Shown one piece after another: positions 51,603-61,307 of a stretch of DNA of 64,000 bases. A program made the translations under genes and the position numbers. Under the pieces are notes generated by a model. The model saw nothing but the letters and a program-made list of their open reading frames with translations. It was not told where the DNA came from and made no database searches. Every line of letters begins with the position of its first letter. Within the stretch, counting starts at the first letter, position 1. Origin of the DNA: Nitrospirota bacterium (GTDB lineage Bacteria > Nitrospirota > UBA9217); the NCBI GenBank assembly GCA_963754875.1, contig CAVWHO010000020.1:256001-320000 (forward strand), in the 5' to 3' direction.

Positions 51603-52952
51603 ATGAGAAAAAAAGTCGTAGAAGGGTCGGTTCTTTTTATCAGCATACTGAAGTGGTTGTTTCTAGCGACCTGCATCGGGGTCATTGTCGGCTTGTCGAC
51701 AGCGGCGTTCCTGAAACTGCTCGGCCTGAGCATCTCCGCAACGGCGCCGCATCATTATTATTTTCTTTTTCTTCCGGTGGCCCTGTTCCTGAGCGCCCTT
51801 GTAGTGAAGGTCTTTGCACCGGACGCCGAAGGGCACGGCACGGAGAAGGTCATCGAAGCGGTGCATCGGCACGCCGGTAAGATGAACGCCCTGGTCGTGC
51901 CGGTCAAGCTGGTGGCGACCGTCATAACGATCGCCTTCGGCGGGTCGGCCGGGAAAGAAGGTCCGGCCGCCCAGATCGGGGCCGCGATCGCGTCAACCTT
52001 CGCCCGGTTCCTGCGGTTTGGAGACCAGGACCGCAAGAAGCTGGTCATCTGCGGCATCAGCGCTGGGTTCGCCGCGGTTTTTGGAACGCCGATCGCGGGC
52101 GCCCTCTTTGGGGTCGAGGTCCTCTTTGTCGGGGCTATGCTGTACGATGTGCTTCTCCCATCCTTTGTCGCGGGTATCGTTGGATATCAGGTTTCATCTG
52201 CGCTGGGGGTCACGTACTTTCATGAAGCCGTCTGCATCGTTCCGGCTTTCAGCAGTTATTTCTTTTTTAAAATCTGTCTGGCCGGCCTGTTTTTCGGCTT
52301 CTGCTCGCTTATCCTCATAGAAACGATCTACTTTGTCGATAAACTGAGCCATCGACTGAAGATCGGGAAGCCAACCAAGGGTTTGATCGGCGGTCTGGCA
52401 CTCATTCTTCTTACCTTTCTTTTCTCTACGCGTTATCTTGGCCTCGGCCTTGAAACGATAGTGGGTGTGCTGCAGGGAGGTTCGGTCCCTGATGGAGCAT
52501 TCCTGATTAAGATGCTGTTTACAGCGATCACGCTTGGTTTCGGCGGAAGCGGCGGTATTGTCACTCCCGTCTTTTTCGTCGGCGCGACTGCGGGCAGCGT
52601 TTTCGGCAGTTTCCTCGGTTTCGATATGGCGCTGTTTTCCGCCATTGGCATGGTCAGCCTGCTCGCTGGCGCAGCGAACACTCCAATTTCCGCGAGCATA
52701 ATGGCGATCGAGCTTTTCGGGCCGCAGATCGCTCCCTATGCCGCAGTGGCCTGCGTTATCAGCTTTCTCATGACCGGCCACAGGAGCGTCTACCCGAGCC
52801 AGGTCCTGTCGCTGGCAAAGTCGTCGTCGCTCACCGTGGCCAAAGGCAGCGAGATGCGGGACCTGGGAGACGTCGTGTTCCATCCCAGAAAGAAAAGCGT
52901 CAGCGCCGGCATCATGAAAGGCATTGAAATGCTGACAAGGAAAAAGAAGTAA
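51603..52952 (+). CDS. CLC-family anion channel/transporter
   Basis: GSAGKEGP, AGFAAVFGTP, GGSGGIVTP, NTP; many TM helices. Confidence 0.9.
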   Translation: MRKKVVEGSVLFISILKWLFLATCIGVIVGLSTAAFLKLLGLSISATAPHHYYFLFLPVALFLSALVVKVFAPDAEGHGTEKVIEAVHRHAGKMNALVVPVKLVATVITIAFGGSAGKEGPAAQIGAAIASTFARFLRFGDQDRKKLVICGISAGFAAVFGTPIAGALFGVEVLFVGAMLYDVLLPSFVAGIVGYQVSSALGVTYFHEAVCIVPAFSSYFFFKICLAGLFFGFCSLILIETIYFVDKLSHRLKIGKPTKGLIGGLALILLTFLFSTRYLGLGLETIVGVLQGGSVPDGAFLIKMLFTAITLGFGGSGGIVTPVFFVGATAGSVFGSFLGFDMALFSAIGMVSLLAGAANTPISASIMAIELFGPQIAPYAAVACVISFLMTGHRSVYPSQVLSLAKSSSLTVAKGSEMRDLGDVVFHPRKKSVSAGIMKGIEMLTRKKK

Positions 52953-53170
52953 CAACCTATTCTCAAATAATACCGTAATGTTGCCTTGCGAGAAGATGCC
53001 TTGACTCAGGCTGACGGGGCATCCTTCAGCCACGCGCACGCCCGTTGACTGAAAATTCAACTCGTACCCTGTGTTTACTTACGGTACGAAATCTGCTACC
53101 TTAAATAAAGGACCGTTGACGCGGAATTAATTTCTTCCGCGCTGGACGAACTTTCTTTCACGGGGGGGAC

Positions 53171-53428
53171 ATGATCACGCTGATCTTCGTTATCATTATA
53201 ATCGTGGCTGTTGCAGCTTTTTCAGCGCAAAACGCTACACCGGTCGCGGTCACCTTTTTGCTTTGGCATTTTGAGGCTTCGCTTGCTCTCATTATCGTGT
53301 TGTCTCTTCTCGGCGGCATGATCATCGGCATGGCTTTGCTGTCGTTGCTCCGCCTGCGCCGGTCCGTTCGGGCAAAGAGGAAAGCGACTACCGACGCGGA
53401 TAGTGCCGGCGCTAATAAACCACGGTAA
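53171..53428 (+). CDS. LapA/DUF1049-family membrane protein
   Basis: 2 TM helices, FSAQNATPV.V.FL.W.F. Confidence 0.8.
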   Translation: MITLIFVIIIIVAVAAFSAQNATPVAVTFLLWHFEASLALIIVLSLLGGMIIGMALLSLLRLRRSVRAKRKATTDADSAGANKPR

Positions 53429-53458
53429 CATGCAAAAACGACAAGGAGGAACACGCTT

Positions 53459-54502
53459 ATGGACACCGCCTCTATGAAGTTCCTTGTCCCCGCGGCGACA
53501 GCCCTGGGGTGTATGCTTATCCTGCTTATCTTCAGGTCCGTTATTTTCCGGTTCCTTCATGCCTGGGCGAAAAAAACCACGACACAGATCGACAATATCA
53601 TCATCGACTCGACCAAAAACCCCTCAATACTCCTCGCAGTGGCGATTGGCCTTCATATCGGCCTGGCCTTCTCTGACCTTCCCGAGAAGCACATGGAGTA
53701 CCTGGGGAAAATCCTTCATGTCATCATCATCCTGTCTGTGACTGCTGCCGCCGCTACCCTGGCCGGCAGACTGTTCAGGAATTACGTCCAGAAGAGCAAC
53801 ATCCCCATTCCCACGACGGGCCTCGCTTACGGCATTCTGAAGGGGACGATCTTCGTCATCGGCTTCCTGATAATCCTGACCGACCTCGGGATATCGATCG
53901 CCCCGCTGATCACGGCCTTGGGAGTCGGCGGACTCGCCGTGGCCCTGGCGCTCCAGGACACGCTGGCAAACCTCTTCGCAGGCATCCACATCCTCATGGA
54001 AAAGTCCCTCAGGATCGGCGATTTCGTCAAACTCGAGACGGGGCAGGAAGGATACATCGACGACATCACCTGGCGGACGACACGGATCCGCATGCTCCCG
54101 AACAACATGGTCGTGATCCCCAACAGCAAACTTGCTCAGAGCGTGGTGACGAATTACTACATGCCGGAAAAAAGAATGTCGCTTCCCATCTCTATCAGTG
54201 TAAGCTACTCGACCGACCCGGAGCAGGTGGAAAGCATTTTAGTTGAAGAGGCAAAGAAGTGCTCAATCGATGTTCCGGGGCTCCTTGCAGATCCCGAACC
54301 CTTCGTGCGGTTCATTCCCGGGTTTGGAGCGAGCTCTCTCGACTTTACTCTTAACTGCCAGGTGGCCGAGTTCACGGACCAGTACCTGGCCCAGCACGAG
54401 CTCCGGAAGCGGATCTTCAAACGCTTCAAGGAAGCGGGCATCGAAATTCCCTTCCCGCACCGGACCGTGTATGTCCGCGAGGAGAAGGAGTGGCGCAAAT
54501 GA
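53459..54502 (+). CDS. mscS: Small-conductance mechanosensitive channel
   Basis: LGVGGLAVALALQDTLANLFAG, IGDF, IPNS, GIEIPFP. Confidence 0.92.
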   Translation: MDTASMKFLVPAATALGCMLILLIFRSVIFRFLHAWAKKTTTQIDNIIIDSTKNPSILLAVAIGLHIGLAFSDLPEKHMEYLGKILHVIIILSVTAAAATLAGRLFRNYVQKSNIPIPTTGLAYGILKGTIFVIGFLIILTDLGISIAPLITALGVGGLAVALALQDTLANLFAGIHILMEKSLRIGDFVKLETGQEGYIDDITWRTTRIRMLPNNMVVIPNSKLAQSVVTNYYMPEKRMSLPISISVSYSTDPEQVESILVEEAKKCSIDVPGLLADPEPFVRFIPGFGASSLDFTLNCQVAEFTDQYLAQHELRKRIFKRFKEAGIEIPFPHRTVYVREEKEWRK

Positions 54503-54580
54503 GCAGGATGCCGGCTAATGCGGAGGGCTGCGGTAAACAGAATGAAATGATGGTCCGCGGAATTCAACGAACCGCTCACG

Positions 54581-55096
54581 ATGGACCGGAATAAAAAAAT
54601 CTTGTGCCGAAAAAGATACTATGCTAACATAGGGGCCATGCAGTGGAACGCAAAACGGATAGTCCGTATTTTTTTCCTTTTTCTCTACGCCCTCTACGCC
54701 TTCACGCCCGTCCATATGTACGCTATGGCGGGGGGCGGCGGGACCCGCAGCCTCCTTCATACGAGAAAACACGCTTCCACGGACATCGTCTGGGCAAACG
54801 TCCTCTATTCCTTTCTGGTCGATGACGACGATACGCCGCCCGCAGGCGTCGGAATCTCCGCCGATGCATCGCCGGACGGCGACGTGGTTCTTGTCAAGAA
54901 AAGACGCGCTTTGTTGCGGGAACAGTTCGACATCAAACCGCTGTTCGACATCGAGATGCTGCCCCCCGGCGGCCTGGAACGCACACCGTTCACTTCCGCG
55001 GAGTATGAAACCGCGAAAACCCCGCTCCTGCGGGAAACTGACGTTTGTCTTGTCCTCAACGCCGGCCTCTCTCCCCCGTCTCTCATTCTCTCATAA
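54581..55096 (+). CDS. Hypothetical protein with N-terminal hydrophobic segment and C-terminal GLSPP (start may be 54638)
   Basis: Long ORF with typical codon usage, co-oriented with its neighbours. Confidence 0.55.
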   Translation: MDRNKKILCRKRYYANIGAMQWNAKRIVRIFFLFLYALYAFTPVHMYAMAGGGGTRSLLHTRKHASTDIVWANVLYSFLVDDDDTPPAGVGISADASPDGDVVLVKKRRALLREQFDIKPLFDIEMLPPGGLERTPFTSAEYETAKTPLLRETDVCLVLNAGLSPPSLILS

Positions 55097-55345
55097 GCCT
55101 CTTATCCATCATACATGCCGCCGCACGGTATGTCGACATCGCGCCGGGACCGCATCGTTTCCCGGCGGAGTGACCGTCGTCGCGCGCGGCGTGGCACTTT
55201 TCCGATAAGGAACATTGATTGCCGATATGTCCCTTTTACTCACAGACCAGGTGGAGGCATATTGCACTGAGTCTTTCCTCTGCCGGCAGTTTCAGGCAAA
55301 GGTCCCTGGGTCGATGTTTCGAAGATGCTGAAGGGGGTGAGGATT

Positions 55346-55489
55346 TTGAACGTCTTTTTCCTCGAGTACATCGTTCTTTTCGTCATAGTGTTGGCAGCGG
55401 GATGTAAGGTGCTGAAAGTATTGCGCGCCGACGGCCGTAAAGGGGACCCTCCGGAGAAAATGGTTTCCAGGAAAAATCGCACAGGATAG
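55346..55489 (+). CDS. Putative 47-aa membrane microprotein
   Basis: GGGGGTGAGG RBS, TTG start, NVFFLEYIVLFVIVLAAGCKVLKVLR. Confidence 0.35.
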   Translation: MNVFFLEYIVLFVIVLAAGCKVLKVLRADGRKGDPPEKMVSRKNRTG

Positions 55490-55624
55490 ACGGTGACTCG
55501 GAATAGCAGGGACCGGCAAGATTTGTTACGGAATATGTGACAAGAGAAACCGTGTCCCGTAAGAGGGTGGGGGATTGACTTCACGCTGAGCGAGGTGTGC
55601 ACGTTGAGAAAGGTACGCGCTTTC

Positions 55625-57094
55625 ATGAGTTCGTTGAGTTCGTTGTTTTTTACATACGGAGCGGTCATGATGTTTGTTGCGGCAGTCCTGGGAGGGCTTC
55701 CGGTAAAGGCCCTGGCTGCCGGCAGAGACGGGAATGTTCCTGCTTCGCTCACCCTGGGAACGAAGCCTGGAGCAACCGCAAAAAAAGAGCCGCGGGCCGC
55801 AATTTCCGCAGAGCCGGAAACGCGCAAGAGCGCAGACGAGGAAACAGCGGCGCCAGCGCAGGGAGACCGAAACGAAAAAGCTGCTCCTGCGGGAAGGGTG
55901 GAGGACGGTGAGCGCAATCTGGACGATGCATTGAACCGTATCGAAGCGGCCTGGGAAGCCTGGACGGGCGGCGATGAGGAAAAGTCCATCGAGGCGCTGG
56001 ACCAGGCCTACGCGCTCATCCTGAGGGTTGGCGCAGATAACCAGAGCCTCGCCCGCCAAAAAGAAGATATCCGCCTGACCATCTCCAAGCGCCTCATGGA
56101 GATTGATGCTTCCCGGCATACTGCTGCCAAGGGCAACCACAAGGCAATACCCTTGACCATCAACAAGTACGTGGAGCGCGAGATCGGCCTGTTTCAGGGA
56201 AGAGAACGCCGATTTTTTCTTGAATCCTACAGGCGTTCCGGAAAATATCGCGGCGAGATCGTGAAGGCTCTGAAGGAGGCCGGCCTGCCCGAAGAGCTCT
56301 CGTGGCTGCCGCTCATCGAGAGCGGTTTCAAGATAAGGGCGCAGTCGCCCGCCCGGGCACTGGGACTCTGGCAGTTTGTCCCCTCGACGGGTTACAAGTA
56401 CGGCCTCAGGAGGAACAAGTGGATCGACGAGCGACTCGACCCGGTGAAGTCCACGAACGCCGCCATCGCCTACCTGACTGATCTGCACGAAATCTTTGGG
56501 GATTGGGCCACGGTACTGGCAGCCTACAACTGCGGCGAGGGAACGGTCCTGAGGGCGATTAACCGCCAAAAAAAGGGCTACCTCGACGACTTCTGGGACC
56601 TGTATGAACGGCTGCCCTACGAAACAGCCCGTTACTTCCCCCGTTTCCTTGCCGTGCTGGCGATCCTGAAGGACCCGTCCCGATACGGCTTTACGCTGGA
56701 GGAGCCGAATGACCCCGAGCCTCACGAGACGCTCGCTATCAAGAGCTCCCTTCCCCTGAGAACTATAGCGGAAAAGCTCGGCGTGCCCTTTAAGGACCTT
56801 GAGGACTTGAACCCGGAGCTCCGCAGGTACAGAACCCCTGCAGGGTCTTATTCCCTCAAGGTACCGCCCGTAAAGACAGCTCTTCTTCTGGTTGCAGCGG
56901 ATGCCCAGCCGGAGAAGTTCGGTCTGAAGAAGGCCTACGTGTATCACCGCGTCACATCCGGAGAAACCCTGTCTCTCATCGCAGTGCGGTACCACACGAG
57001 CATAAAGGCCATAATCGAGATGAACGGCATCGAGCAGGCGCGTTACATCCGCGCCGGGCAGAAATTAAAGATACCGCTGGACGATGTCTCTTGA
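55625..57094 (+). CDS. MltD-like lytic transglycosylase with LysM domain
   Basis: LPLIESGF, GLWQF, DERLDP, AAYNCGEG, LNPEL, C-terminal LysM HRV.SGETLS.IA. Confidence 0.9.
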   Translation: MSSLSSLFFTYGAVMMFVAAVLGGLPVKALAAGRDGNVPASLTLGTKPGATAKKEPRAAISAEPETRKSADEETAAPAQGDRNEKAAPAGRVEDGERNLDDALNRIEAAWEAWTGGDEEKSIEALDQAYALILRVGADNQSLARQKEDIRLTISKRLMEIDASRHTAAKGNHKAIPLTINKYVEREIGLFQGRERRFFLESYRRSGKYRGEIVKALKEAGLPEELSWLPLIESGFKIRAQSPARALGLWQFVPSTGYKYGLRRNKWIDERLDPVKSTNAAIAYLTDLHEIFGDWATVLAAYNCGEGTVLRAINRQKKGYLDDFWDLYERLPYETARYFPRFLAVLAILKDPSRYGFTLEEPNDPEPHETLAIKSSLPLRTIAEKLGVPFKDLEDLNPELRRYRTPAGSYSLKVPPVKTALLLVAADAQPEKFGLKKAYVYHRVTSGETLSLIAVRYHTSIKAIIEMNGIEQARYIRAGQKLKIPLDDVS

Positions 57095-57254
57095 CGCAGG
57101 AATAAATTTATAGGTCTACAAAGATGTTTCGTCCACAAGGACACTCTGGTGGCATAAGCGACCGTGTTTCAGAAATTGGACGCAATCGGCCGCAAAAAAT
57201 ATTCTGTTTTTGTTTCTCTCTTACGCCTTGACGCCGGTTTCCATGTAATTCCAA

Positions 57255-57374
57255 TCCGTGGACGATCCGGCCAAGTTCTTCCAGCTCTACCAAGTGCTCA
57301 GGAACGAGAGGAGCATCAGCATCGACCTGATCCGGATAGGACAGCGCCAGACACTGAACTACGAGATTCTTTGA
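57255..57374 (+). pseudogene. Probable 3' remnant of gspC (PDZ tail)
   Basis: Startless frame SVDDPAKFFQLYQVLRNERSISIDLIRIGQRQTLNYEIL*. Confidence 0.45.
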
Positions 57375-57546
57375 CTCTGCCACAGATGCCAGCAATACTA
57401 AAGAAGGCTATAACGGCAACGGACAGATCGTACCCCGGCCGACAATGGAGGAAAAGATACCCGCAACGTTTCGTATCCGGGCGAGGTCTGCTAAACTTAA
57501 ATAGAAGCGAGGCGGATGAGTGGTACTTTTTGCGGAGGAAGAAGCT

Positions 57547-58212
57547 ATGAGCGGGTCCTTTGAATTCAAACAGTGCATAACGATGCTCAAGGCCACGGGG
57601 AAAAAGGCGCGAAATCTGCGCGAGTTCCGCGACGCCCTCGCTGCGGTAAGCAAAAGGTCAATCTTTCACCATACCTATCAGTACTTTTTGAAGGGACATA
57701 TCCTGGAGTACACAAACGACTTTGCCCACTGGGCCGGAGAAAGCCTGGAGGCACGTGCTTTGTCCGAGCATCTCTCGAACATCGATCCCTACGACTTCAG
57801 TGATATCGAGGATATGAGGAGTGCCCTGGTGAAGGCCGTCGACGAGTACCTTGAAATGCTTCCTGAGCCCCGCGACGCCATGCCGGGAGATGAATTTTAT
57901 TTTAACGAGACAATAAGCTTCGTATTCCCCGCAGGCGTGCGGGCACGGAACCTGGCCGAGTTTTTGATGGCCGTCAAATACGTGGACGGCAGCTCGCTGT
58001 ACTACCACTTTTTCGACGCGAGGCAGCGCCTCGGTGGCTCTGATGAATTTTCGATATGGTTCGAGGAAGCGCTCGGGAAAAGCGGCCTGGCGAAACGCGT
58101 CCGGGAAATCGATCTGTTCATGCACAGCCTTGAGGGAATCCGCGAACGCATTGCCGCGGCGGTCGAGGATGAAGTGCGGCGAGACATGGAAAGTATGGGG
58201 GTAGCGCCGTGA
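57547..58212 (+). CDS. DUF5752-family protein (TreT partner, OrfY-like)
   Basis: Internal duplication ARNL.EF...SIFHH/SLYYH, NDFA.W; overlaps treT. Confidence 0.8.
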   Translation: MSGSFEFKQCITMLKATGKKARNLREFRDALAAVSKRSIFHHTYQYFLKGHILEYTNDFAHWAGESLEARALSEHLSNIDPYDFSDIEDMRSALVKAVDEYLEMLPEPRDAMPGDEFYFNETISFVFPAGVRARNLAEFLMAVKYVDGSSLYYHFFDARQRLGGSDEFSIWFEEALGKSGLAKRVREIDLFMHSLEGIRERIAAAVEDEVRRDMESMGVAP

Positions 58213-59420
58213 TCGGTCAGTATAAAGGCATATCACCGAAAGGCGACCTGGCGCTTCTCCAAAAGCTTGGTGATGCATTCAAGGGGAGATCGTTCCTCCA
58301 TGTCAACTCTACCCGCGAAGGCGGCGGGGTTGCCGAGATCCTGCACCGCATGATCCCGATCCTGGGGGACCTCGGCATTAACGCGCGCTGGGAGGTCATC
58401 AAGGGCGACGCGAAATTCTACGACACGACGAAGAAGATCCACAACGCGCTCCAGGGCAACGAAGAGCATTTCACCGCTGCGATGTGGGACCATCACTTTG
58501 AGGTGAACAGGAACAACGCTGGAAAGCTCGACCTCGATGCGGACGCGGTCCTGATCCATGATCCCCAGCCCGCGCCGCTGGTGGACTTCAGAAAAAAAGG
58601 CGTCTGGATGTGGCGTTGTCATATCGACGTATCGAATCCCCGTGCCGATGTGTGGAACGCCATCAAACGTTACACCGAACACTACGACGCCGCAATCTTT
58701 TCTGTGGCGAAATTCGCCCGCTCCATGCCTGTTGACGAGTTCATCATCCCGCCGTCCATCGACCCGGTGAGCGAAAAGAACAGGGACCTTTCCCCTGATG
58801 AGATCAGCGAGACGGCGAATAAATTCAGCATCCCCCGGGACCGGCCGGTGCTCCTTCAGGTTTCACGATTCGATGTCTTCAAGGATCCCCTCGGCGTGAT
58901 CAAGGCCTACCGCATGGTTAAAAAGTACAACGACTGCGTGCTGGTCCTGGCCGGGAGCCCCGCCTCGGACGACCCGGAAGGCGAAGCGGTGCTGGCTGAG
59001 GTGCGCGAGTATGCGGCCGGGGACCCGGACATCATCATCCTGCTTCTGCCGCCCTTCAGCGACAAGGACATCAACGCACTCCAGCGCCTATCCACAGTGG
59101 TGCTCCAGAAGTCTCTCAAGGAAGGCTTCGGGCTCACCGTGTCCGAGGCCATGTGGAAAGAGAAGCCCGTGATCGGCGGGGCCGTGGGCGGTATCCCGAC
59201 GCAAATCGTCCATGGGGTCACGGGTTTCCTCGTCCACTCTCCCGAAGGCACGGCGTTCCGCATTCGACAACTTCTGAACAACCCCGACATGGCGAAGCGG
59301 ATGGGCGAAAAGGGAAAAGAGTACGTGCGCAACAATTTCCTCATCACGCGGCAGGTACGGGACTATCTCTCCGTCTGGTACGCAGCGGAACATAAGGGCA
59401 GGAGCGTGCTGGAGCTGTAA
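58209..59420 (+). CDS. treT: Trehalose glycosyltransferring synthase (GT4)
   Basis: HVNST..GGGVAEIL, HDPQP, WRCHID, SRFD.FKDP, EGFGLTVSEAMWK. Confidence 0.9.
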   Translation: MIGQYKGISPKGDLALLQKLGDAFKGRSFLHVNSTREGGGVAEILHRMIPILGDLGINARWEVIKGDAKFYDTTKKIHNALQGNEEHFTAAMWDHHFEVNRNNAGKLDLDADAVLIHDPQPAPLVDFRKKGVWMWRCHIDVSNPRADVWNAIKRYTEHYDAAIFSVAKFARSMPVDEFIIPPSIDPVSEKNRDLSPDEISETANKFSIPRDRPVLLQVSRFDVFKDPLGVIKAYRMVKKYNDCVLVLAGSPASDDPEGEAVLAEVREYAAGDPDIIILLLPPFSDKDINALQRLSTVVLQKSLKEGFGLTVSEAMWKEKPVIGGAVGGIPTQIVHGVTGFLVHSPEGTAFRIRQLLNNPDMAKRMGEKGKEYVRNNFLITRQVRDYLSVWYAAEHKGRSVLEL

Positions 59421-59462
59421 TCGGCAACAAATCGACCGACCGGAAAAGGAGAAAAACGTACT

Positions 59463-61307
59463 ATGCGGGCAGGCGCTCTTTATCACGGGGAGGGTCGCTG
59501 CGAGTTCATCGTCTGGGCGCCGCTCCGGAAAAGCGTTGAGCTGAAGATCATCGCGCCTGCAGAACGGATGGTCCCGTTGGAACGGTCGGAAAAAGGTTAC
59601 TGGCGCGTCGAAGTCGGCGATGTTTTTCCGGAAGCGTACTATCTCTACCGCCTCGATGGAGAAAAAGAACTGCCTGATCCGGCCTCACGATACCAGCCCC
59701 AAGGCGTTCACGGACCTTCGCAGGTCGTCGATCATTCCTCCTTTCCCTGGGAGGACGACGGAGGGAAAGGACTTGCCCTTCCGGATTACATCATCTATGA
59801 GCTTCATGTCGGGACCTTTACACAGGAAGGGACGTTTGATGCACTCATTCCTCGTCTTGGTTACCTCAAAGAACTCGGAATCACGGCGATCGAACTCATG
59901 CCGGTGGCCCAGTTTCCCGGGATGCGTAACTGGGGATACGACGGAGTCTATCCCTATTCGGTCCAGAACTCCTACGGCGGCCCTGAGGGCCTCAAAGGGC
60001 TCGTGAACGCGTGCCACCGGAAAGGCATCGCCGTGGTCCTCGACGTGGTCTACAACCACCTTGGTCCCGAGGGGAATTACCTCTGGGACTATGGCCCCTA
60101 TTTTACCGACAAGTACAAAACACCCTGGGGAGACGCGATCAACTTTGACGGGCCCTCCAGCGACGAGGTGCGGAACTATTTCATCGGGAGCGCCCTCGCC
60201 TGGGTGACGGACTATCATATCGACGCGTTGCGTATCGACGCAATCCATGGCATCTTCGATTTCAGCGCCAAACACTTCCTGCAGGAGTTGGGAGAAGCGG
60301 TTCGTGCCCGTGCCGAAGAGCTTGGCCGGAAGGTGTACGTCATCCCCGAGAGCGACCTGAATGACGTCCGGGTCATCAATCCCGTTGAGATGGGCGGCTA
60401 CGGTCTCGATGCGCAGTGGAACGATGATTTTCACCATGCGCTTCATGTCCTGCTTACCGGTGAGCGCCGGGGCTATTACGGGGATTTCGGAAAGATCGAT
60501 CATCTCGAAAAAGCGATCAGGGAGGGGTTCGTGTATTCCGGCCGATATTCCCCGTTCCGCAAACGCAGGCACGGGAGTTCATCAAAAAGCCGGCCTGCTC
60601 ATCAGTTTGTCGTCTTCTCCCAGAACCATGACCAGGTGGGAAATCGTCTGATGGGAGAGCGGCTGACCTCACTCGCGACATTCGAACAGCTCAAGCTCGC
60701 AGCAGGTGCCGTTCTCCTGTCGCCATTCATTCCGCTCCTGTTCATGGGCGAGGAGTACGGCGAGACGGCGCCCTTTCAGTATTTCGTGGGCCACGGCGAC
60801 AGGGATCTTATCGAAGCGGTGCGCAGGGGCAGAAAAGAAGAGTTCAGGACCTTCGGATGGGAGGGCGAGGTCCCGGACCCACAGGCGGAAGATACGTTCC
60901 TGAAATCAAAAATCGACTTCGAACTTCGTCAGCATGATCAGCATCGGACCATGCTTGGTTTCTATAAGGAGCTACTCCGAATGCGGAAGGAAACGGTATC
61001 TTTGAATAATCTCAGTAAAACAGACACGGAGATCAGGACCTTCCCGGCGGAGAAGATGCTGTTCGTACGGCGATGGCAGGGTAGCGAAGCAACCTTTAGT
61101 GTTTTCAATTTTAGCGAAGATCAACACGCTGTTCCCCTGATCCTGCCGGAGGGACTTTGGGAAAAGATGCTGGACTCCTCAGAAATTCGATGGGCCGGGA
61201 CAGGCAGCTGTGCGGAAGCGAGTATTGATGCGCGAGGCCGGGAGGTAATTGGCTGCCTTAAGCCGCACAGCTTCGTTCTCTACCGGTCTGTCAGGGGGGC
61301 TCAATGA
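59463..61307 (+). CDS. treZ: Malto-oligosyltrehalose trehalohydrolase (GH13)
   Basis: YELHVGTFT, RNWGYDGV, DVVYNH, RIDAIH, QNHDQVGNR. Confidence 0.95.
   Translation: MRAGALYHGEGRCEFIVWAPLRKSVELKIIAPAERMVPLERSEKGYWRVEVGDVFPEAYYLYRLDGEKELPDPASRYQPQGVHGPSQVVDHSSFPWEDDGGKGLALPDYIIYELHVGTFTQEGTFDALIPRLGYLKELGITAIELMPVAQFPGMRNWGYDGVYPYSVQNSYGGPEGLKGLVNACHRKGIAVVLDVVYNHLGPEGNYLWDYGPYFTDKYKTPWGDAINFDGPSSDEVRNYFIGSALAWVTDYHIDALRIDAIHGIFDFSAKHFLQELGEAVRARAEELGRKVYVIPESDLNDVRVINPVEMGGYGLDAQWNDDFHHALHVLLTGERRGYYGDFGKIDHLEKAIREGFVYSGRYSPFRKRRHGSSSKSRPAHQFVVFSQNHDQVGNRLMGERLTSLATFEQLKLAAGAVLLSPFIPLLFMGEEYGETAPFQYFVGHGDRDLIEAVRRGRKEEFRTFGWEGEVPDPQAEDTFLKSKIDFELRQHDQHRTMLGFYKELLRMRKETVSLNNLSKTDTEIRTFPAEKMLFVRRWQGSEATFSVFNFSEDQHAVPLILPEGLWEKMLDSSEIRWAGTGSCAEASIDARGREVIGCLKPHSFVLYRSVRGAQ

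Noticed and set aside
55526..56995. Long antisense ORFs (also 62141-63916, 59685-60572, 33427-34383 and others)
   Set aside because: Shadows of well-supported genes on the opposite strand in GC-rich coding DNA; no recognisable motifs
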